This document shows, one piece after another, positions 28,236 through 41,079 of a stretch of 64,000 bases of DNA (position 1 is its first letter; the number at the start of each line of letters is the position of its first letter). The notes under the pieces were generated by a model, which saw nothing but the letters and a program-made list of their open reading frames with translations, did no database searches and was not told the origin of the DNA. The position numbers and the translations under genes were made by a program. The DNA is taken from NCBI GenBank assembly GCA_964016885.1, contig OZ024743.1, forward strand, positions 336,598,001 through 336,662,000, in the 5' to 3' direction. The DNA comes from Eledone cirrhosa (lineage: Eukaryota).

Positions 28236-28479
28236 CTGAAAGTAATTAGTTTTACATATTCAAAATGTCAGCTTTGTCATACTCAGTGTCACGCTGAACT
28301 TACATGACAACGTCGTTAAGAGAACACGTATCTGTGGAATGCTAGGCCTCTTGGATATTATTTTCATGAACAGGATGTTTCGTTGATCGAATCAACAGTC
28401 TTTGTCAGAACCGCGGGTGGTCCAACCCTACCCTATTGATAATTAATGTACTTTTGATATTTTCATTTTGTAGAATAAT

Positions 28480-28664
28480 TGTTTCTACTTTTCGCACAAG
28501 GCCAGCAATTTTTCAGTGCATTACTGGTACTTTATTTTATCGACCCCGTAAGGATGAAAGGCAAAGTTAACCTCGGCGGGATTTGAACTCAGAATGGCAA
28601 GGGCCGTAACTCTATGCGTCAAAGCATGGCGTCCGACCCTCTACCGATACTGCCAATCCACCGC
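28480..28664 (-). mobile_element. tRNA/Nin SINE, full length
   Basis: Reverse complement of the 6449-6633 family; three partial + strand copies follow at 28715-29150. Confidence 0.88.
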
Positions 28665-29419
28665 TAGAATAATGTCATGCATTTTGTATTTACATTATTA
28701 TTATTCAATAGAGATAATTCAAATCCTGCCGGGGTTAACTTTGCCTTACGGGGTCGATAAATAAAGTACCAGTCATGCACTGGGGCCGATTTAATCGACT
28801 TTCCCAAAATTAAGGGCCTTGTGCCTATATAAGAAACCTTTATTTAAAGGTTAGTTTTGCCTCTCAACCATACGAATTCGATAAAATAAAGTACCAGTAA
28901 CGCACTGGGGTTGATTTAATTGAATTTTCCTTCCACTCAAATTATTAGCCTTGTGGCAAATATAGAAACAATCCTTTAAGCGATGGTTTCAATTATGGCC
29001 CTTTCATTCTCGCCATGGTCTATGTTGACCTCGCCAAGGTCAACATAGCCTTTCATTCATCTGGGGTCCCTAAAGTACCAGGGAAATACTGGTGTTGATA
29101 TAATCGATGCATCCACCCCTAAAAATTGCTGGCCTTGTCCTTCAATTATAAATCTGTATTTGAGAGATTGAGAGAGATATCGAGGTTCACGTGAGCACCA
29201 GAGCTCTTTTTCTTGAAACAGTTGAAACGATTGGATAAATGTAAACAGCTTTGATATATTATTGTCTGTCCATGTATGGTTTATCGGAGTTAGTGTACAA
29301 CATGCTATTACAGTGTGGTATATGTAAGGAAGAGAAAAATGAATAAGTAACATAAAAGAATAAAAGATAATAAAGTCTTTATTTTATTGTTTATGAGCGT
29401 TTATATTTTTTTTATTATT

Positions 29420-29740
29420 ATTTGTTTCTGGTAAATACACTGACGACCAAAATCTCCATCTCTACCACAATGATATATCCCTGGACAATGTTAAGTAATG
29501 CTCTTTGACATACAGAGTCCCAGGCAGATGTCTCTTCATAGTCCCAGCGCACAGAACAGAGAAAGTGTATTCCAGAGGATAGCGAAGAAAATGCGTTGAA
29601 ATAGCCATTCGAATTCGTTGGACTCACTCCTGTGGGTGGTCAGCTCTGTCTCGATAGCAGTGAGTAGGGGGGGGGGGTCGGAGACCCAGAACGCCGGATG
29701 TCTCCACTGCTCTATGTTAAGTGACAAGCCTGTTGGAAAA
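29420..29740 (-). mobile_element. CRE-like non-LTR 3' fragment, old
   Basis: AVETSGVLG and EFEWLFQRIFFAI resemble the CRE-type C-terminus at 52990-53165. Confidence 0.6.
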
Positions 29741-31339
29741 TGAGGTGACAATTGCCTTTTCTATATTTTAGACGTGGATTTATCTATTGGTAGTGACCGG
29801 CTGCTGTATCGAGGAAGCTGTTATCCAAAGATTGTTGAAAACGAGACATGTTAACAAATATATCTCACCAGGAAAACTAAACAAAATTACAATTCTTTAT
29901 ATGAAAAATGTATAGGGAATTTTTAATGGCAAGGAATGTGTACCTATACCACAACAAGAGTTAAACATTATCAAGACAGTCACAGTCAAATTTACGTTAC
30001 AAGATGTACACGGATTTTTATTTTCAGTTATTTTGAAGTGAGTTCTCGTTAAAGAGATGGGGAGAAAACTTTGATTATATATTTTTTTTTTGCATAATCT
30101 TCGATGTTAACTGAAACGTTTGAGCATCGTTTGGAAAAGAAGTTTAAAAAAGTGAGAAGGGGTGCATGTTTTATCACATAACCAACTGACATTCATTGCC
30201 GTCACTGCTGTCTGTCCCAACGACATGCTTTTACCACATGTGAACACAGTAATCAGTTTAACATATTATCAGTAATCGAGACAGTATTGTTATAACCACC
30301 GACACTGAATTGTCATTACAACAACTGAGCTGTTATTACATCCAGTACTGAGCTGCAATAACAACCGATACTGAGCTTCCATTACAACCAATACTGAGCT
30401 GTTATTACAAACAATACTGATCTCTTATGCGCTGCTCAGTTTTATTTGAGATTCTGTTCAAGAAATGATATATGAATTTAGAGTTGTACTTGTGGAAGTA
30501 TATTTAGAGTAAAATTCTAAATATTCATAATAATTATTACTAAACTGTATTATTACAATTATACTGAGCTGTCATTAGAACCAACAATAAGCTGATGATC
30601 TACTCTAAACTTTTTCTCATGAATTAGTCCTCGGCTGATTATGACTCTCCAAAATTGTGTGCTTAAATTGCTGACGCAGCGTTTTATGTGTGTGCCTCGG
30701 TGTGCGTGTGCTTGTGTGAGCGTAATAATAACACACTTGCACGATATTCGTGAGATACAGGGTCCGTTCTTCATAGACGTCTCTGTTAATTTTTTCCCTA
30801 CTCTAAAGGTAATTTATCCGATAATTTATTCCAACTTTCATCTATATATCCGATTCTTACTAGTTATTTTCCGCGTTTGGGAGTCCCACATTTTCAATAT
30901 CTGTCTGTACATGTGGTATATATATATGTGTGTGTGTGTGCGTGCGTGCTGGTTTGTATGTGTTTGTGTGTATGTGTGTGTCTGCGTGCGTGCTGGTGTG
31001 TATATGTTTTTGTGTATGCGTATATTAGTTCCTGTATGTGTATGGTTATTTATACGCTTTGTATCATTTAGAATTTCATCTGCATTAAATAGAAGGAAAA
31101 CAACGTATGATGACATGATTCCTTTTTTTTTCTATCATGTTACATCATTTGATGTTCATAATTTATTTCGTTTGATGCATACATATTCGGGGGTTATTTC
31201 TGTGTTGACATCCATGCAAATCAGGTATTGTTTCTCATATACGGAGATCATAACCCTAAAGCAATGTTCACCATCTGTAAAGCAATAGATAGCTGAAACA
31301 TCTGGAAGAAATTAAAACGAAAAATAATTATTAATAGAA

Positions 31340-32130
31340 AAATCTGTCCTACACCATCTCGTTTTTGTGTGTTGTGTGCAGTGTATTTGGGTTGTGCATG
31401 TGCTATATCCGGGTGAGTTTTAGTTTTTATTTATTTATTTATACGTTTATTTACTTGTCATTAGTTGAATTCTTGTACTCTCTGTGTGTGTCTGGTTTGT
31501 TTTGTTAATTTGGTTCTTGTGTGTCTCTGTATGTCTTTATCTTGACATTAATTAGTTTGGTTCTTGTGTGTCTCTGTATGTCTTTATCTTGACATTAATT
31601 AGTTTGGTTCTTGTGTGTCTATGTATGTCTTTATCTTGTCCTTAATTACTAGTTGTGATGTTGTTGCTATTCCCTTCGTATTTTCTGTTTAATTTTGTTT
31701 GGAGTTCCTTTATGTTTGCTGCTTCTCTAATCTGTCGTAGCATCGCGTCATTTCTGTGTGTGAATATCATCTTTATTTCTATATTCTCTATTGTGCCCCA
31801 ATGTTCCATTTTGGCATGTTGGTGGAGTACTGATGAGTTATTCCCATCTTGAAATTCTCGCCAGTGTTCATTTATCATTTCCCATACGCTACGGGCTGTC
31901 TCACCTATGTAATTTGTATTCTTATTCCTGCACTGTTCCTCAGCACATCTTATACTATATATTACGTTTATGATGTGGGACAGAACAAAAGAGAGAAACA
32001 AAATAAGTAATTAGTCACAGAGGGGCCACAGAATGTGTGATGAAAGACATTTGGCAATAAACAAATGAACACCCATCCGGTTATTAAACCAAGCAACTGG
32101 AAATTTGTAATAAATTCAAGTGAAAACGAA
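31340..32130 (-). mobile_element. PLE GIY-YIG 3' fragment with inverted pLTR (31965-32130)
   Basis: VIYSIRC..YIGETARS..EH..SVLHQH..RQIREA..LNRKYE; the pLTR is the reverse complement of 12820-12975. Confidence 0.85.
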
Positions 32131-32614
32131 GTGGTGTGTGTGTTTTGATTTCAAAGTATAAAACTGTTTCAACATACGTTTCCAGATGATAAATCTTGCA
32201 AAATAAATACAAAAACGAAGTATATATATACACACATATAGTGTCAGAAAGTAAAGGGACACAAACAAGAGATGGATATTTTCCCTTCATCATTTCATCA
32301 GTTGTCACAGATGTTTCAGCGCATTATAGACAATACATCAATCCATAGCGCGCCCATACCTTTTTATCTATCAAAAAGCTATGAGGGAAAGAAGCGATAG
32401 CGAAGAGAGAGAAAAAAAGAAAAAGAGAGAAAAAGAGGAAGAAATCATACCGATAGAAGGGGATACAGGACAATGGCACATGTAAGTAACCGAGAGGAGA
32501 GAGAAGACGATTGTTTGTGTCCCTTTACTTTCTAACATTCGTTATCAGTAACCACACCGCCTCGTCCCTCTCAATCCATATTTATATATATATATATGTG
32601 TGTGTGTGTGTATG

Positions 32615-32690
<76 letters not shown>

Positions 32691-32964
32691 GTGTGCGTAT
32701 GTATGTCTGTGTGTGTGTGTGCGTTCAGTTGGTCGCCGATTAAACCGGCAACCGCACCAAGCTTGCTAGGTGAGGAGGGTGAATTTGGTCATACGCCTGG
32801 TGTTCTGTACGTCGGAGAGCGTTCTCTTACTTTGACCGAGGTCGTACTTACCATTGGGACAACGATTATATATTACTAATTGGTGTTAGTCAAATTGATC
32901 AATAACTTAAAAAGTAATGTTCAAATAGTTTCACATTAAATGTTTTGATATTTGGATATTTGAT

Positions 32965-33365
32965 ATATTGTACAGGATAGGACATATGATATAAAGTGTA
33001 GGATATATGATATATTATGTAGGATATATGATATAAAGTGTAGGATATATGATATATTGTGTAGGATATATAATATAAAGTGTAGGATATATGATATATT
33101 GTGTAGGATATATGATATATTGTGTAGGATATATGATATATTGTGTAGGATATATGATATATTATGTAGTATATATGATATATTATGTAGGATATATGAT
33201 ATAAAGTGTAGGATATATGATATATTATGTAGGATATATGATATATTATGTAGGATATATGATATATTGTGTAGGATACATGATAAATTGTGTAGGATAT
33301 ATGATATATTATGTAGGATATAGGATATATGATATATTATGTAGGATATATGATATATTGTGTAG
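32965..33365. repeat. 21-bp minisatellite (TGTAGGATATATGATATATTR), about 19 units
   Basis: Directly visible tandem array; produces the spurious CRIYDIL repeat ORF. Confidence 0.95.
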
Positions 33366-33398
33366 ACAGAAATGATGGCAGAACAACTGAATACTTAC

Positions 33399-33482
33399 GG
33401 TTCAATATATACCCCAAATCATAACCTTTGGAATAAACCCGGATTCTATATTGGTTAATATATAAAGCTAACGTGAAACAGG
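33399..33482 (-). CDS. Candidate host-gene internal exon (84 nt, phase 1-1)
   Basis: Acceptor TTTATTTTCAG, donor GTAAGT, open frame CFTLALYINQYRIRVYSKGYDLGYILN. Confidence 0.5.
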
Positions 33483-33719
33483 CTGAAAATAAACGTAAAT
33501 GTTCTGGTTTAGTTTGAGACAAAAACTTTAAATGTATTTATAGATATATTTAAGCTCATGATCAGAGAATTTGGTCAACATTGATTGAATTAACCCAAGT
33601 ATTTGATTGGTAATTTATTTTATCGACCTCTGCATTCTGACTTCAAATCCTGCTCAGATTAACTTCTCCTTTCATCCTGTCGAGGTCAATAAAGGAGAGT
33701 ACCAGTCCAATACTAGGTA

Positions 33720-34560
33720 GATTATTCTTCCCTTGTCCAGTGGAACTCTCATGGACATAAGACGCTCACTAATCCCTACTGGGAATTCTTCTAATTTGTT
33801 CACAAGTACAGTCTTAACAGCAAATCCTACACCAGCCTCTCTTCTGGTTCCTTCATCTCTTCCTTTCCAGAAGAATGTATATTCTCCACAAAATTCCGTA
33901 AGATGACCATCTCCAGCTAACCTCGTCTCAGATAAAGCCACGATGTCAAGATCGTAACGTCGAAGCTCCTTTGCAACAAGAGCGGTCCTTCGTTCAGGAC
34001 GCTCCAAGGAATCCCTGTCAAGCAGCGTCCGTACGTTCCAGCAGCCAAGACTAAATGCCTTGTTTGGCTCTATTACAATGGCACGATGACGAGCGGGCCC
34101 AGGCTGTGATAACCTGGGGGCCCCGCCCTTATTGCCAATGATCTTTTTTGTTCCAGAACCTAAATTGCCAATTATCTCTTTTATATTGTTCTGGAACATC
34201 ATTGAATTGGAAAAAAAAAAAAAAAAAAAAAAAGTAATAATAATAATAATAATAATAGTACACTATTAATAATTATTAATGCACTCGTGCAATGCCTGTG
34301 CGTGACGAATATTTTTAAAGTGAAGAAAGACTGTGCACTGAGCCAATCCCACTCTCTGAGCGACAGTAGCTATAACCCGAAAAGAAGAAAAGATCAACAT
34401 CATCGGTAACTACTGAGCCGCGGGTTTTATGTCGGAGTTAACCCAGTTTCCTGAGATGCCTTCTCCTAGAAGAATGCCCTGACAAGGGCTAGGGGTTCTT
34501 CACTCCCAGTGGTTTAACTGCGCGATCGGGCATCCAGCCCGATTATTTCTATGTCCCCGC
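33720..34560 (-). mobile_element. RTE LINE 5' part (UTR + AP endonuclease N-terminus)
   Basis: CWNVRTLLDR..PERRTALVAKELRRYDLDIVALSETR..YTFFWKG..GVGFAV. Confidence 0.9.
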
Positions 34561-34695
34561 GCAAAAAAAAAAAAAAAAAAAAAATCACTTATTGACACTT
34601 ATACGTACGACATACACACACGCGCATACATATGCGCGCACACAGCAACACTCATACATACAAACAAACACACACACACGCTACTCTACTCACTT

Positions 34696-34727
<32 letters not shown>

Positions 34728-35392
34728 TACCGTCATTACTGATACAAGATTACAAGATTATGTCAACTGTTGACTTTCAAGAGTTTGTATAGTTGAAGCC
34801 GATCGTACTACAGTCCAGTATTATTATAATTGCTTTACAGCATAGAGTTATGGCTCTCCACGCTCTGAGCTTAAATCCCGCCGAGGTCAACCTTGCCTTT
34901 CATCCCCACGGAGTCAACAAAAGAGAGTACCAGTGATGCGCTGAGCCAGTCGCTGGATCCGTGCCAAAAGCAGAAAAATTATTATTAAAGTGTTCTTAAG
35001 GCCCGATCGCTGGTGATGGTGATGGCGGCGGCGGTAGTGGCGGTGGTGGCAGTTGATGTTGTTGTTGTGTTGTGTGCGTGTGTGTGTGTGTGTGTTTTGT
35101 TATTTTGAGGGGGGGGGGTTATCTTTTGATGCCGCTGTTGTTGTTGTTGTAAATGTTCATTTCAGTTCATTCTGTCATCGACCTGTTGTCAAACTCTCTA
35201 CTCTCTGTTGAATGTGTATATATATATATATATATGTATGTATATGTGTGTATATACATCACTCAGTCAAACGACCAGATTTCAACCCCAACATCTACAA
35301 CAACAACACCGGCACTAATGTTTACAACATACATACATACATACATACATACATACATACATACATACATACATACATACATACATACATAC

Positions 35393-35880
35393 GTAATATG
35401 GGACAGGGAAAAGAAGGCATGCACAGTAGTGGAAGTTAGCTGCCCAGCAGATGCCAATATAATATCAAAGATTAGCGAAAGGGAGAATATTTATGCAGAA
35501 CTAATGATTATTACCTTCAGATTATTACCTTCAGATTTATGCATGTGATTATAGGGGCTTCACAGGAACAGAAAGAACACAACTAGTTAGGAAACTACAA
35601 GTACAATCCATTAATGGAGCAGTAAAAATATGTAAAACATTCCAAAAGTTTTGCATCTAATAACTGCATATACATATGTACAGATACAAAGCATATACAC
35701 ATGCACACATACAACTCAAAACATACACATCCACACATACAATAACATCCATATCTACAGATGCAGACATGCATACATATTGATGTTGTGTAAATTCCAA
35801 TGAGAGAGTCTTGTGTCTATGTTAGAAACCGACTCTCTCTCTATTGGCAAAAACTTTGTGAAATTATAAAACCAGAAGAA
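35393..35880 (+). mobile_element. R4/Dong-like non-LTR 3' fragment (restriction-like endonuclease) in (CATA)n
   Basis: VIWDREKKACTVVEVSCPAD..ERENIYAEL, LQVQSING..KTF; CATA repeats on both sides; second copy at 42945-43490. Confidence 0.75.
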
Positions 35881-35967
35881 CATACATACATGTATGCATG
35901 TATGTTCCATCTAATACATGCCAACATACATACATACACACATACATACATACATACATACATAAAT

Positions 35968-36490
35968 GATGGCTGCAAACTCTGCTAAGAGTACTGCATT
36001 CGCTTGTCAGCTTATAGAGTTTGGTGGAGTTTTAGGCTACGGCCAGTCACACAAACCTGTAACAGACCCTGAACAAACAATGCCAGTGTTTTGAAGGTTT
36101 TTGAAGTGGGGAAAGGCCTTGCACTCGACCAATCCCACTCTCTGAGCATCGCAAACTCTACCCGAAAAGGAGAGCTAGTCAACATCATCGGATGCTTCCG
36201 AAGCTGCAGGTTTGTTTTTTTTCAGAGTTTCCCTCTCCTAGAAAGGTGTTGTGACAACAACTGGGACTTTCATTCCCAGGTTAAAAAAAACTACTATTTG
36301 GATGGCCGTTGATTCTGCCGAGTTCCTCCTCCCTTTGCTGGGTCTTGTATTTCATCCCGCAGGGTGTCCAAATATCACCCACTTCACCAAGCTAATTTGG
36401 TGGGGTTGCCGCTTTAGTCGCCGACGACCCGACCATGTGACAGATTATATTGGGTTACATGTTACCAGTAGCACTCGAGAGCGACCTGAC
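35968..36490 (-). mobile_element. Non-coding RTE-leader-derived unit (putative non-autonomous element) in (TATG)n
   Basis: Shares sequence with RTE 5' UTRs (34340-34560, 40572-40762); partial copies at 40770-41078 and 43510-43690. Confidence 0.65.
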
Positions 36491-36739
36491 ACATACATAC
36501 ATACATATATGCATGCTGATTGCTACTTCTTGTCAGAAGAGTGCCATCGCTTTATTGAACATTGCACGGTGACTTTTCAGACCCGCTTTTGTTTTGCAGT
36601 TATGTTCACAGATATGACACTTGAACTGCCAATACCGGCTGGGGTGTGTTTTCATGCATTTTACCATGACTTGTCTGACCACCCGCTGACTTGCAAATTA
36701 AGCCACACTCACTGCAAATATGCCGTGAAGTGAAGTGTG

Positions 36740-39700
36740 TGGCAGTAGAACCCTTTCACAGTTGACTCGATTTCTCCCTGGCTCGTGTGATTTCAGATGG
36801 TTAACAAAACCAGCTCTTGTTAGAAGAAATTGGCCACATATATTGCACCTCAAATCTTGCTGAATTTTTGCAGGCATTGCACTTTACTCCCGCTTACAAA
36901 GTGAACGCTTCAAAACAGCATGCTCACTCAAAGACAACACAAATATATTTGATGATCTTTCTTCATGGTGTACGGTCTTGAGCCAGTCTTTCCCTGTTCT
37001 CCATATCAATCTTCAGAGATTTAAGATTGTCTTTTAAGACACCCTTAAACCGCTTCTTTGATCTATGCTGTGGCCTTTTCCCTCTGGTCAGCTCCCCATA
37101 AAACAGCTACTTAGGCAGCCTTCCATCCTCCATCCTGACCACATGACCAGCCCAACGCATCTGGTTTATAATATTCCTCCTCTCAATACTGGTACAACCC
37201 GCTTTCTTAATTACCGCAGCATCAGGTGTGTTAGAGGACCACGTGATGTCGTATACAATGTTGATGAAATCTTTCCAACTGCCCGATATGATGCCTGTAA
37301 GTTGTCCATGTTTCGCATCTATATAGCAGGGCTGTAAGAACACAGGCCTCATACACCGAGAGCTTTGTGTTTTTCGTGATACCCCGATTTAACCAGACTC
37401 GCTTCTCAAGCTTCCCGAAAGCAAGATTTGCTTTCGCAATCCGGTGATCTATTTCTGTATCGAGGGTAATATCACTACTAAGTGTACATCGGAGATATAA
37501 AAAGCTGTTCACCACCTCACAGAAACCTCTGGCTCCACATACATTTTCTTAACTGGTGGAGTGTACATGAACTTAGACCTTTTTAGATTAATATTTGGCC
37601 CAAAGACAGTACAAGCATTGGAAAAGGTGACTAATATCAACTGCATGTTTGTGAGTCACAAAATATGCATCATCAGCATACAGGAACTCCCTAACAAGAG
37701 TGCCAAAAGCTTTGGACTTAGTGTTAAGCCGTCTTAGATCAAATACTTTGCCAGAGGTTCTAATTCGCAAGTATACACCGATTTCGAAATCTTGGAAGGC
37801 ATATATCAGCAGCACGGCAAAGTAGGTAGAGAATAGAGTGGGTTCAGGTATGTCACCTTATTTAACACCGTTTTCGACTGAAATTGGCTCTGAATGTGTC
37901 CCATTGAAGTTCACTTTTACCTTCATGTCTTGATGGAGTTTTCGGAATATTCCAACAAACCCATGAGGGCATCCAAGTTTCCCCAGACTTGCAATGCACT
38001 ACGATTAACAGTATCAAAGGCTTTGGTATGGTCCGCAAATATTTGGTAAAGTGGCACTTGCTGCTCAACACACTTCTCCATACGCTGATGGGCTGAGAAA
38101 ATCATGTCCATAGTACCCCACCCAGCTCTGAATCCACATTGGGTCTCGGGGATGGTATCAGGGCAGATCCATTTTATTAGACAATTCAGCAAGACCTTGG
38201 TTAAGATTTTCCTACCGATTCGAGCAGACCTATACCACAAATATCACCGCATTCCGACTTGGAGAGCCCTTACCCTTGTAAATCGAGAGCAAAATTGCAT
38301 CTACCCAGTCTTGCGGGACAGGCTCACCATGCCATACAGATAAGACTAGCCCATGAATGGCTATAGCAACATTGTCTCCTCCAAAGCGAATCATCTCAAC
38401 AGGTATTCCAACCAAACCTGGAGCTTTCCCTATGTTTATCTCATCAATGGTTGGGACATTCATCATCTCTGTTACTGTCTCTCTTTGCGGCAGTTCATTA
38501 ATAATTCCCTCGTCAACTACAGATGGGTTGTCAAACAGATCTTTAAAGTGTTCAGTCCACCGACTCATAATACCCGCTGGATCTTTGATAAGGACGTTCC
38601 CATCTTTTGACTTTAACGGTGCCATTTTGAGGGTTGTGGACCAAACACTTGCCTTATTGTGCTGTATAGTGCCTTCAGGTCTCTGCAGTTATAAACCATC
38701 TGCATCTCTGATGAAACTTCAGGCCACCAGTTATTCTTTATCTTTCGTGTTTCACTTTGCAATTTTGATTAGCTTCTTTGAAGGCTTTCTCAAAAGTAGT
38801 CTTCATAGGACGCTCTTCAACAAGGCACTTCTGATACAGCTTTATTTTTCCTCAATGAGCATGGTGATTGCAGCATCATTGCATCGAACCAGTCTCTCTG
38901 TTTTGTCTTCTTAAGACCAAGTACATCAGCCACAACACTATAAATTTGTGTTTTAAACTGTTCCCAAGTTCCATCATAGACGACGTTGTCAATTTCATTT
39001 TGAAGAGCATCTCGAATTTCTACACTTTGCAGTTTTGACACATCTAAACGTTTTGGCACTTGTACCCCTGCTGCTCTCAATTTTCGTCTGATCTACATCT
39101 TCATCTTGCCACGCACAAGTTTGTGATATGTACCACATTCTGTACCATGCATTACTCTTACAGAGCAGATATCCAAGAGGTCTCTCTTCTTGGTGATGAT
39201 GTAATCCAAGATGTGTCCATGTTTCGATCTTGGGTTTATCCACGTTGCCTTGTGTATCACCCTTTACTGAAAAAATGTGTTACATACAACCAGCTCAAAC
39301 TCAGTGCATAACTACAAAAGGGGAAGCCCATTGGCATTCATCTTGCCCATGCCGTGACGTCCTAAAATGTTCCAATTGTGGCCGTCCTTTCCCACGTGTG
39401 CATTAAAATCCCCAAAAGGCAATATCTTATCTGAATGTGGAATTGATTTTATACACCTTGGTAAATCTTGGTAAAAGGCTATGATTGGTTGTTGGCTAGT
39501 CTGCAGGGTAGGAGCATACACTGAGATGACAGTGATGAAACATCCCCTAGAAAAAAGGAACTTTTAGTTGCGTGATACGATAACTAATGCCTTGTGGTTG
39601 ATCCAGTTGTTTTGTGATCTCTGTCCGGACAGCGAAACTTACTGCCCCATTCCTTTTCTCCCCATTTGGTTTCCCTTTCCAAAAGAACGTATAGCCAGCA

Positions 39701-40762
39701 CCCATCTCTGATAGATGAGCTTCCCTACTAAGACGGGTTTCAGAGAGTGCAGCTATAACAATATTATATCTGCTCAACTCTCTGCCAACAATTAGCAGTC
39801 TTGTGTTCTGGTTTGCTTCCCTGTAAAGAAGTGTACGAATATTCCACGTCACAACATTCAGTGGTATTCTATTTTTTTTAATTATTATTATTTTTCTTCT
39901 TGTTTCTCCTGCCGGTATGTACAGCCGTCAGCCGCAGGTTGCCGACTAGCATAATGGTTTAACAAACAATGTTTGGGTCACATTTTCTAGACCCCTCCCA
40001 AGATTTGGTTTAGCAGTGTTCTCATTCGAAAGGGCTGCGCAATCAAAAAAACTCCGCCCGGGCAAGTTCCTATTCCGAAAACTGGCAATGACGTTAGATA
40101 AGCCTTAAGCCGCTTGCATGCAGATTAGCAACTGCATACCTCTAACTCGTTAGGTCTGTACACGCCACTGCTTCCCCATTGCCACAGGACTTTGAAGAGA
40201 TATCTGCACAAGGAGATCATAGCAGCATATGCTTGTGCGACATATATGTTGCTCTCTAAGTATCAACAGCCAGAATCCCATGACAAGCAGATGCAAGATG
40301 ATCAGTAGCTGTATCAACCGCAGGTATTTCAGAGTGTCCTTCTCTCAAAGAAAAAAAGTTTTCCCAGATAAATAACTAGGTAAACAATTATTTTAAAAGT
40401 TTAAAAGTTAGAAGCGAAAAGATAACAGTTTAAAGGTTATAAGTTTGAAAGTTTAAAAAAAATATAATAAATAAATTTAAAAAGATAAATTAAATAAAAT
40501 TATAATACACATCCACACGTAAATAATTCCACACACGCACATTTACACATCGACACAGTATACACAAGGTTGGATGGCCGTTAACTCTCGTGAGTTCCGC
40601 CCTTTGTCAGATCTTCTTTTCCATCCTGCAGGGTGTCCAAATATCACCCTCCTCACCAAGTAAGCTTGGTGGGGTTGCCGCTTTAGTCGCCGACGACCCG
40701 ACCATGTGACAGGTTGTACTGGGTTACATGTTACCAGTAGCACTCTAGTGCGACCTGACATA
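36740..40762 (-). mobile_element. Near full-length decayed RTE LINE
   Basis: EN (TWNIRTL, ALSETR, YAPT, GDFNAHVG), RT (KAPGLVGIP, QCGFR, KAFDTVNR, LYADD), thumb (LLYRCETW, RWAGHVVRM) with many frameshifts. Confidence 0.92.
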
Positions 40763-41079
40763 CATACATGATGGCTGAAAACTCTGCTAAGAGTATTGCA
40801 ATTGCTTGTCAGATTACAGAAAATGGTGTACTTTTAGGCTACAGCCAGCCACACCAACCTGTAACATAACCTGAACAAGCAATGCATGTGCTTTGAAGGT
40901 TTTTTTTAAGTAGGGAAAGGCCTTGCACTTGACCAATCCCACTCCCTGGGCATCGAAAACACTACCTGAAAAGGAGAACTGGTCAACATCATCGGATGCT
41001 TCCGCAGGTTTTCTTTTCAGAGTTTCCCTCTCATAGAAAGGTGTGTGACAACAACTGGGGGCTTTCACTCCCAGGTTAA

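Noticed and set aside
30590-30665. CTGATGA in the duplicated segment (also near 6765 on the minus strand)
   Set aside because: No stem II or correctly placed GAAA.
32265-32320. Minus-strand CTGATGA and GAAA combination
   Set aside because: No credible stem II, and the alternative site has GUG at the cleavage triplet.
33057-33323. CRIYDIL repeat protein or CRISPR-like array
   Set aside because: Contiguous 21-bp tandem repeat with no unique spacers and no cas genes, in eukaryotic DNA.
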